Source of the DNA: Bugula neritina
Taxonomy: Eukaryota; Animalia; Bryozoa
Reading direction: 5' to 3'
Assembly (NCBI GenBank): GCA_964035545.1
Contig: OZ037767.1
Location: 7,022,707-7,086,706, forward strand
Length of the DNA stretch: 64,000 bases
Below the pieces are notes generated by a model, which searched no databases, was not told the origin of the DNA, and saw only the letters and a program-made list of their open reading frames with translations. Made by a program: the position numbers and the translations under genes. The stretch's first letter is position 1; each line of letters starts with the position of its first letter. Below are positions 26,534-35,550 of this stretch, one piece after another.

Positions 26534-29500
26534 TTAGTCACTGTCAGTATCATAATCTAACTGACCATCAATATCACTGATCTCTATGTCAGGACACTGT
26601 AAGTCTTCACTAGCATGGAGGAAGTGACACTTTATAGGACAGTCGTCATTCGGTGGACGAGATGTATACATTCTCTCGTCAACCAGATCTTTGAATGAGA
26701 GAAAACTGAGCAGTGTATCCGGTAAACGTGTACGTAGTTGAGAGCACTTGTCAGGGAAGGAAGAGATGCAGTTGAAGAGTTTAGCTCGACTCAACTCTTT
26801 GAGAGATAGAGGTGATGATGATAATTCTGTTAGCCAATCACATACCTTCAGCTGCAAACAGTGATTAGATGAGAAATATTGTGTCATAATACATTGCGTG
26901 ACAGTATGAGATCCAATTTAATATCCCCCAAGTAACTTATGTATATTATGTTATGTATTGTCGTATAATGTATTATAATGCATTATATAAAATAATACAT
27001 ATATATGACGCAAAACACTATATGACACATTACATCATATAATGGTATATATAATATACACACACTTATGAAGCACATTATCATATTACTATAAACTATA
27101 CAGGTGATCGCAATGTTTTATTCACAAGAATTAAGCAGACCTTGTTCTGCAATGCCATGGGCCACTCTTTCCATTTTATCCAATCACTATTGAGACTTGA
27201 AGGATTGACATAGATGAGAAGTTTCATGAGGTTTACGAGGCCTGCTTCAGCTGCTAGAGAGACATAGCCCGACTCAAACTTGCAGCCCCAGTGAACCAAG
27301 GCTAATGAGCACTCTTCATTCAGCAAAGATATAGCATGGTGCAAAAGCTTCCTGCCCTGTTTGTCAGGCTAGAGATAAATGGGAACATATAAAGGAATGC
27401 CACTTCACTACATGCATGGAAGTAGGGAAATAAGACTTTTCTAGTTCCTTATTTACGTGAAAACTTTAAGTTCCAGCCAAGTTAACAGAAATTTAATTCA
27501 AATTATTAATAATCATGGGGCAGTAGAATAATTAGCGGGTTATAATTTTATATGATTAAAATATATGATACCAACTGGGTTATTATCAACTATCAAGGTA
27601 AACACGCCAAGCCCCTATGAACTGACAAAAATTCACGTTTAAATAATCCAACAGAGTTTTGACTTTTTTCCAATTTTGTTCATGCCTTCTTATAATAGCC
27701 GGTGTTTACACTGAATTTCACAATGTGTTTTCATGTGTGTGATATGTAATAAATCAATCATTTATAATTGTATCTCACTTGGCACTCCATACATAACAGT
27801 GGATTTGTTACATAACCAAGAATTGTATTAAGCCAAAACTCCATAAATTCCTGTTTCAAATTTCTAAGCAGTTTGAATAAATCATCAGCTAATAATTGAT
27901 TAATTAGAATTACTTTAAGTTGAAGTCACAATTGAGTTATATAATATAAAGCTAAAACTTTGACAAATATAAAGTATTTCAATGCTATCACCTAGTAGAT
28001 GTATATAATAAGGAAACCAGTTTCAATCCTGAACTATTAGTTGTCATAGAAAACTTGATGTTACTATAGAACTGAAATTCTATTAACAAACTAAACACTT
28101 ACTTTGTTAATATTATAACCATTTCTTACAAGACATCTAATTATAGAAGGCTTGGAGAGCTCAACAGCAATCGAAATGGGTGACATACCACTTTCGGATG
28201 CAACGTATTTCCGAGCATTGCTACGAAGTAGGAACTCTACTATAGAATATCTAAAAAATAAATATATACCAATCAATTCACAACACAACCTCATCAAACA
28301 TCAAAGTCTAACAATATTTAAATGGAACATTGAATAGAGAAAAGGCAATTGTTTATTAAAACATTAAATCATATTTTATTCAAATTAATAATTAAAATAA
28401 AAGATTCTTTACAAATTAATACGCAGCAAACCTTTCATAAGCGACAGCAAAATGCAAAGCAGTAAAACCCTCTTGTGTTCTGTGGTTTATGTTGCATAAG
28501 GATTTCACTAACAGTTGGCACATCTCAATATCATCTTTCAGGACGGCCCTGAAACAAACATATTTGTAAAACATGCAAAATTTAAAACAACTTCAAATAA
28601 AATCATTATTTCAAAATTCCATCAGTATACACTTTTGTACGTGTTTCCACTTTACCGAAGAATTTAAGAACTTCAAATGAAATGGCAATCATATTAAACC
28701 TCCATTATTCAGTCAAAAAGTAATATATTTGGTCAATTTCTCTAACTGTTTAAGTTTCAATACTGCTACAACCATAAAACTAGAGTTGTCAAAACCTATA
28801 ACAACAAATTTATGACTTTTAAATGTACTCTAATATAATGCTTGCTTCCACAATGTTGAAAATAACTCAATTACATGACCAATTTATCACAAGAACTCAC
28901 AATATCAAAGGAGTCTCAACCTCAGTGCTACAATCCAAACTGAATTGGTTGACGTTAGCTCCGCCCGAGATAAGGAGAGCAGATAACTCTAAGGATTGTG
29001 CCATCACAGCTCTGTATAGTGGAGTACAACCTAAATAAGACAAAGCCTCATAATTGTTAGTATATGTATTAAGAATATTATCATAGAACAAACCAGGCCC
29101 TTTCTGGTTTAAAGTACCCTAATAAAACTTTCCTTATAAGCATTCACTGCTAACTTAACTTGTGAATTATTAATGTTGTAGGTACAGTTCAAAACTTAAA
29201 TATCCATGAACACAATCGTTAAATCTTGAAAATATTTTGCCTAACCAAAACTGCAAGTGCTTCTATTATACTTAAACTCACTAAAAAACATTTTAAGAAC
29301 TATAGGTGCATTTGAGAGCATTTCTCTACAGTTGTATAAAACATGCATTACGTGAATATAACTGTATATGCATGACAAGTGACACATTAACCCTTTGCAC
29401 CAGTATACATTATATGTAGTGGACATATAAGCAAGCAAAGAGTGCAAGCAGTGAAGCACGTGCTCTAGTCTTACATGACAAAAGTAGAGTGTAAAAGCGA

Positions 29501-30179
29501 ACTTAGACACTACTAAAATATGAGCTGGTACCTCCACTTACTTTGTAACCTCTCTACCCACAAGAGCAAAGGCTATCTAAAAGTACAGGAATCGCTACAT
29601 GAACCCATTGGCTTTATGAGAAGGTACATGGTAAGTTGTATAGTGATAGAAACATTATGTAACAGCATGCACCTGTTATCTTGTCAGTAAAATCAACTTC
29701 ACACTTGAACTCGTTAACAAGAAGCTCAGCCAGTTCTACATTGCCATGGTGCACCGCCCACCTACAGAGGGAACACAACTCATTACAATATGGGCAAAAT
29801 TCATACTGAGTAGGGAACATGAAAGTTCGCCAAATATTACGAGTGTACAATAGGATACAATGCAAAGATACAGTCAGCTTAGATAACAGAAGAAAATCTT
29901 GTAGCAAACTTACCAAATAGCTCGTCTGCCATTTTGATCGCTTTTGTTAACATCAGCACCAACAGGCTTGGCTTCAAGCAGAGCTCGAGCTAAATTTATG
30001 TTTAGATTTTCACAGGCGTATATTAAAGCTGTGGGATGAGAAGGCTGCCGTATGTCGCCAATATTTGGGTCAACCTTCTCTCTCTTCATAATGTATTTGA
30101 GTGCTTTCAGCTGATTATTGTAAACAGCATCAAAAAATTTAACAGCTGCTGGTGAAGGTAGAGAAGCTGATGATGACAT
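26534..30179 (-). CDS. Ankyrin repeat and SOCS box protein (ASB-like), about 431 aa, 7 coding exons
   Basis: Exons 30179-29914, 29761-29673, 29030-28901, 28548-28432, 28250-28103, 27368-27141, 26851-26534; phases match. Ankyrin motifs TALIYA, GCTPLYRA, ETPLILA, GFTALHFA; SOCS box SPLSLKELSR...LPDTLLSFL. Confidence 0.9.
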
Positions 30180-30480
30180 GTCAATAGTTTGAAAATGTGT
30201 CTCTTTCACAATTGCTAAAAATTATAAACATAAACAAATACAGTTTTGCTCAGATATTAAATTTACTTGTGAGTAGCTCTCCTTCTACAATTTTGTTTGC
30301 AACTAAATATTTCAATAAATTGCAACCTTTGCCAAAAATACTTATCATCCTGAGTATGTATGTTGACATTATAAATAAACAAAGATTGACATTAATAACA
30401 TATTACAGAACTTTAGAAGCAAAAGTTGAATAGAAGGCTTTTGCTGTGACAGAATGACACAGTAATGACTGAATTGACTT

Positions 30481-30494
30481 GTTTCCATGGTAAC
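30481..30494. promoter_or_regulatory. RFX X-box motif
   Basis: GTTTCCATGGTAAC fits the 14-bp X-box consensus and lies about 300 bp upstream of the ASB-like ATG. Confidence 0.6.
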
Positions 30495-31047
30495 GCAAAA
30501 TACCTGACGCCTTAATGAATACTAAGAATACCATCCAGAGCTTAGCCATTACACAATAAATATCACTCTGCAATAATGCCTACAACTATTATTAACAACC
30601 AACAAAACCTAAATTCTAAATTAAATGTCCCATAAAACGTCTTAAAAACAAATTCAAAAAATTTGGATATCAAATCAGTTACATACCCAATTAAAAACAC
30701 AGACTTATAACTGCTTAGTAACCAAGACTTTTCAAAATATGATGCTGCAAATCTGAAGATATTACTATTAGTTAGACCATTGAATATGACACAGCGTCTA
30801 TAAGCTTCATTTTCCAAGCAAAAACAGTTTGAGTTTCAATGCAAGAAATCGATTTTTAACCAATTTAATGTAAGTAAATAAATTAGTTGTAGTATTCAAG
30901 AATAGCAGCTTAAATATGCAAAATCTACATGCCTATTAGTATTTATAACAATGTCAACTGGCCCCTCTAACTTTGAGTAGTACTAGTAGTAGTTTGAACT
31001 TATGAGACCCAGACTGCTTCACTTCAGTAGTTATAGTTATACTTACA

Positions 31048-32897
31048 CCTGTCGAAATACCTGTCGAATTCTTCTTCACACTGGACAACCCAAATGGATC
31101 AAAGGAGTGTGCCACATTCTTAACCAAAATTTACATTTTTAGGTCAGTAATCAGTAAGTGTGCTTAAAACTAATTTGCAGTGGAGTCAGAACAGGTAAGG
31201 TTAACCTGTCTGTGGTAAGTATGCTGTATTACATTGTGTTGCTGTCTGTTATTGAGGATTTAATCTTCATGTCTCTGATGGTTCTTGGTAGAAAACTATT
31301 GTGATAATTGCTATAATTAGTCGTAACTGATCGAGGAACTCCTTGGGCCTGGGATCTGGTTAGAACTGTAGATGATGTTTTGTTGACTATGTGATCATAA
31401 GATTTGGAGAGTGCTGGGTGGTGCTCCTCCTTGAACAGAATCAGGATAAGCAGGCAGAGGCGCTTGTTCCTCCTTCTGGATGCCAGCGGGGTCAGCCCAA
31501 GCTTTTCCATAGTTAGACTCACATCTTCCCGTCCTTTTATGTTGGCGATAAAACGAACAGCATCTGTCTGTACATTCTCTAGAGTGGCGATATCTTTCTT
31601 GCAGACGGGGTCCCAGACTGCGCATGCATATTCCAAGTGAGGCAAACATAGTGTTTTGTATGCAATGAGACGAGCGTGTTGTGGTGCCCAAAATAGAGCT
31701 CGTTTGATTATGTCTAAGTGTCTCTTTGCTTTTGCAACTTTAGTGTTAATGTGAGCATCAAACTTACAGTCAGATTTGAGCAGAACTCCTAGATATTTTG
31801 CGGGATTAACATGCTCCAAGACTAAACCATTAAGTGTGTAGTTTGGTAGATTTTGCGTTGGGTTGAAAGCCATAATCTTACTTTTGGAGATATTGAAAGA
31901 CATGCCCCACTTGTTGGCCCATATTCCTAACTTGTCGAGATTATGTTGAAATCTTTTGGCATCAACTGCAGAATTGACTGGCTGATACAAAAGAGTATCA
32001 TCGGCGAAGAGTCCAACAGAACAATCAAGGGAATTTGGCAAATCATTGATGAAGATCAGGAATAGGATTGGTCCAAGCACAGATCCTTGTGGAACTCCTG
32101 ATGTTACCGACAGTGGTTCTGAGATGTGACTCTGAAGGACAACGCATTGAGATCTGTTCGTCAAGAAGTCTGATATCCAGCTGAGAAGATAATTGCCAAT
32201 ATCGCCAATTGCCGCCAGTTTTTGCATCAGTAGCACATGGGGTACTCGATCAAACGCTTTTGTAAAGTCTAGAATTGCAGCATGGACACTTTGACGGGTG
32301 TCAATAGTTTGGAGTATGTCCTGCATTGTAGCGCATAATTGTGTTTCACACGACAGACCTTTTCTGAAGCCATGTTGACGGTTGTGTAATAGTTTATCAA
32401 CTTTTTTGAGCAGAAATCTCAAAACAAGATGCTCTAGCATTTTACAGGGTATACTGGTTAGCGATATAGGGCGGTAGTTATGAACACACTCCTTTGGTCC
32501 AGATTTGTGAAGAGGGGAGACATTGGCTGTCTTCCAGCTAATTGAGAGGTTTCCAGATTGCAGTGACACATTGAAGATGCGACTGAGGCATTCAGCAGTT
32601 TGCTCTGGAACAATATTCAAATGTGCTCTGCAGATTCCATCAGGACTGGGAGCTTTACCAGGTTTGAGCGTTTTATGAGGCTCAGAACGCCCGCAGGGGT
32701 GATGACTGGGACCTCGGGAAAAATTTGAGAGCATTTTGCAGTAAGCTGAATATCACAACTGAATTGTTGGTGAAAGTATTTATTGAGCAAGTTGGCACAA
32801 ATTTTGGGGTCTGTTACATGTTTCCCTTCAGGTGCGACGAGTGTGATTTGGTTTTGAGATTGGGTGAGTCCTTTTAAGTGTCTGTAGAAGTTGGTAA
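31048..32897 (-). mobile_element. 5'-truncated non-LTR retrotransposon (CR1/L2-group LINE)
   Basis: RT-containing ORF2 without the endonuclease domain. ACTTACA duplicated at 31041-31047 and 32898-32904 (TSD). The 3' tail is two copies of ACCTGTCGAA on a 12-bp period (31047, 31059). Confidence 0.9.
31229..32897 (-). pseudogene. LINE ORF2 reverse transcriptase, truncated and with one frameshift
   Basis: Motifs NYRPISLT, QHGFR, LDFTKAFD, GVPQGSVLGP, FADD, KYLG. The upstream segment (NFYRHLK...ANLLNKYF...VLSLIK) is in another frame and joins at the A-run near 32670-32674. Confidence 0.9.
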
Positions 32898-33059
32898 ACT
32901 TACAGTTGCAGTATGAGTATTGATATTAATTATAATTACTGTATAAAATTAAAAGCAACTCAAACTAAAACTTAAACTGTAAGTCAAAGTCAAAGTGTAA
33001 ATAACTAAATTTTAATTAAAACTGTAATTCAAATTGCGACTGTGAGTAATTGCGGATAT

Positions 33060-33451
33060 TGTGGTAAAATTATGTTGTGTGTGTGTGTCCTTTGTTACCG
33101 AGATCGGTACTTCGGTCCTCCGAAACACCGATATGCCGATTCTCGGCATATCGGAATACCGAAGTACCGAAATGCCGGATTCGGCATTTCGGATTCCCGA
33201 AGTACCGATATTCGGTATTTCGGGCCTCCGATCTCGGCAAACAAAGGAATGTCTTTGTCCTGCATGTATATAAAAGCCAGCAAGTTCCAGTATAGTTCAG
33301 TCTACTACTGGAGCTCGCTGGATAAAGACCATTGATTCACTCGGACTATACTACAATAAAGATTATCTACATTTTACCTTATTTCTCGCCTTGTTTCTCA
33401 TACAAGCATGTAACAGCACTAGTTTCATTCACAATCCACAAAACTATCACA
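33060..33451 (+). repeat. 5' LTR (392 bp)
   Basis: TGTGG...TCACA; TATATAAAA at about 33267; AATAAA at 33355. Differs from the 3' LTR at two positions by eye. Confidence 0.98.
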
Positions 33452-33452
33452 T

Positions 33453-33472
33453 TGGTGGCAGCGGTGGGATTC
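33453..33472 (+). promoter_or_regulatory. Primer-binding site complementary to the 3' end of tRNA-Leu
   Basis: TGGTGGCAGCGGTGGGATTC is the reverse complement of GAATCCCACCGCTGCCACCA, the 3' end of metazoan tRNA-Leu(AAG/TAG). It starts 1 nt after the LTR. Confidence 0.9.
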
Positions 33473-33502
33473 TACGAATAGCTAGTTGCTAAGAGAAATA
33501 GG

Positions 33503-34402
33503 ATGGCCCCAGGGGGCCCAGCCCCTGAGGCAGCAGCACCACCAGCCCTCACTATTGAGGCGCTGGTCACAGCCCTCCAGGGATTGCGGGGGCAAGGACA
33601 GGCAGCACCTGGTGACAGGTATCGCCTCCAGCCCCCGACTTTCGGAGGAGATGGAGACGTGGAACAGTTCATCAAAGAGTTTGAGGACGTGGCCGCCACC
33701 GCTGAATGGCCAGTACGGGTGCGCGTCCTCCAACTCCGGGCCTGCCTGACAGGCCGGGCCAGGAACTTCGCACTGGGACCCGACGAAGCCCACATCCTGC
33801 GGGCTCTTAGGGCCCGGTTCGGGTTGACCACGGAAGAGGCGTCAGACCAGCTACAAGTGATGAGGAGAGACCGAAGGACATCTCTGGAAGATCACGCTAA
33901 CGAGGTAGAGCGCCTGGCTCAGGCTGCTTTCGGTCACGCCACTGGCGACGATCGGAAGCGCCTCGTTTTTAACGCGTTCTTCCGGAGTGTGAACCACCCG
34001 GACCTCCAGCGGTACTGGCTAGCCGCGAAAGTCAAGAGCCTGGACGAAGCACTAGAGATGGGGAAGGCCTACTTCCAGGTGGAAGAGCCACGGAGGGCGA
34101 ACTACGCAGCTCGCCAGGTGGCCGGAGATGCAGAAGAGGTACCCCCAACCCCACAAGTGGCAGCAGCAGCTACCCCGTCGCCTGAGCAGACGCAGCTCAA
34201 CATGCTGATGAGCATGATGAAAGGCCTGCAGGCTACGGTGACGGAGTTGCAGCGCAACCAGACGGACAGGCGGGCTCCCCGCTCGCGGGACGACCCTGTC
34301 CGCCCCCCTATGCCCACTTGCTGGGAGTGCGGGATGCCAGGACATGTGAGAAGGCACTGCCCTAAGGGACAGAAGCCTTTAAACACCCGAGGCTCACGGT
34401 GA
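33503..34402 (+). CDS. gag: Gag (299 aa) with a CCHC zinc knuckle
   Basis: First ORF after the PBS; capsid-like PPTFGG..VEQFIKEFE..W region; CWECGMPGHVRRHC knuckle. Confidence 0.93.
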   Translation: MAPGGPAPEAAAPPALTIEALVTALQGLRGQGQAAPGDRYRLQPPTFGGDGDVEQFIKEFEDVAATAEWPVRVRVLQLRACLTGRARNFALGPDEAHILRALRARFGLTTEEASDQLQVMRRDRRTSLEDHANEVERLAQAAFGHATGDDRKRLVFNAFFRSVNHPDLQRYWLAAKVKSLDEALEMGKAYFQVEEPRRANYAARQVAGDAEEVPPTPQVAAAATPSPEQTQLNMLMSMMKGLQATVTELQRNQTDRRAPRSRDDPVRPPMPTCWECGMPGHVRRHCPKGQKPLNTRGSR

Positions 34403-34421
34403 ATTCCGCCACCCGTGGGCC
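34378..34421 (+). promoter_or_regulatory. Programmed -1 ribosomal frameshift signal (gag to pro-pol)
   Basis: T TTA AAC heptamer in the gag codon phase at 34378-34384; 6-nt spacer; stem GGCTCACGG (34391-34399) with CCGTGGGCC (34413-34421). The -1 frame is the protease frame. Confidence 0.85.
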
Positions 34422-35550
34422 CCACGCCAATCCGGTCCGGGATAGGACTCGGAAGACAACAGAAGAGACCTCTCCAGAGTCGACCTACATCGAGTGGCAC
34501 GCAAACCGGAGATCTCGGAGACCGAAAGGCCTACCCGATCCTCCTGCCCTGCCACTCGATACCCGGATGGAACTAGAAGAAACCGGATGGCAGGCACCTC
34601 GGAGATCTCGGAGACCGCAAGGTCTACCCGATCCTCCAGCCTGGCCACTCCGTAACCGGTTCGCGGGGTTGCCCGAGGAGGTTGTGGAGGAGGATTCAGC
34701 TTACTCGCAAGAGTATCCCGAGCTACCCTTCCGACCTCAGAAAACCCCCGTTGTCTCTAAGACGAAGAGGAGGCCCGCTGTGCGGACCCAAGTCGTGTCT
34801 CCCCCAGAGACTGACCGCTCCAGGAGCACCCAGCCGTATGGAAGCAGCTACTTCCTGCCCGGAAAGATTTCGGGTAAAGCTGCCACATTCCTACTGGATA
34901 CTGGGTGCACTACCAACCTGCTGAGTAGGCGTCTCTTTGACACCCTTGGTGCACGAGAGCGGGCGAGCCTCGAGCCGTATGAAGGTGCGCATGGTACGTT
35001 GGCGGACGGATCATGCATTCCTTTCTACGGCGTCATTTCACTACCTGGACGCGTCCGTGATCAAGCCGTTCACGAGACGTTCATAGTCAGCCAGCTGAAG
35101 GAGGACGCCATCTTGGGAATGCCCTTCCTGGAGAAACACCAGTGTCACATGGATTTCCAGAAGTCAGTGGTGGTGATGGCTGGGAAGGAACTTGTCTGTG
35201 TTGACAAGTTTGGCAGGCCCTTGGTGGGCGGAGTCCAGGTAGTGCGGGACTGCACAGTTCCGGGGAGGTCCCAGGCGACTCTCCGATGCAGAGTCAACTG
35301 CAAGGAGATCGCCGGCCTGGGGATGGTTGAAGGAACGCACGGAGCCATCCGACTAGCAAACAGCCTGAATAGGCTAGATTGTCGGCAAGAGCTCCTCGTG
35401 CAGTGCATCAACCCCTTCACGGAACCTGTCCGATTATCGGCCGGAACGATGGTGGGGAAGTACCACTCCATCCAGGAAGCGGATGTGGGTCCGGCGCTGG
35501 AGACAGTGGCCGACACCCAGAGAAACCCCCCTCACACCAGACGTGGCTGA
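34378..35550 (+). CDS. pro: Pol N-terminal part: aspartic protease (entered by -1 frameshift)
   Basis: FLLDTGCT catalytic motif and DAILGMPFL; open from the slippery site to TGA 35548-35550. Confidence 0.9.
   Translation, partial: FKHPRLTVNSATRGPHANPVRDRTRKTTEETSPESTYIEWHANRRSRRPKGLPDPPALPLDTRMELEETGWQAPRRSRRPQGLPDPPAWPLRNRFAGLPEEVVEEDSAYSQEYPELPFRPQKTPVVSKTKRRPAVRTQVVSPPETDRSRSTQPYGSSYFLPGKISGKAATFLLDTGCTTNLLSRRLFDTLGARERASLEPYEGAHGTLADGSCIPFYGVISLPGRVRDQAVHETFIVSQLKEDAILGMPFLEKHQCHMDFQKSVVVMAGKELVCVDKFGRPLVGGVQVVRDCTVPGRSQATLRCRVNCKEIAGLGMVEGTHGAIRLANSLNRLDCRQELLVQCINPFTEPVRLSAGTMVGKYHSIQEADVGPALETVADTQRNPPHTRRG

Noticed and set aside
27779-27860. Possible extra cassette exon in the ASB-like gene
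   Set aside because: The flanking exons already join into an intact ankyrin repeat (GYNINK|PDKQGRKLLHHA); the acceptor is weak and there is no homology support.
33088-33248. Hammerhead or HDV ribozyme, or tRNA, in the structured LTR
   Set aside because: No CUGANGA core or HDV-like topology could be found, and there are no tRNA D/T-loop motifs.
33042-33335. ORFs in several frames across the LTR (also 40350-40913)
   Set aside because: They are by-products of the stop-poor palindromic array and the T-rich tract; there are no protein motifs.
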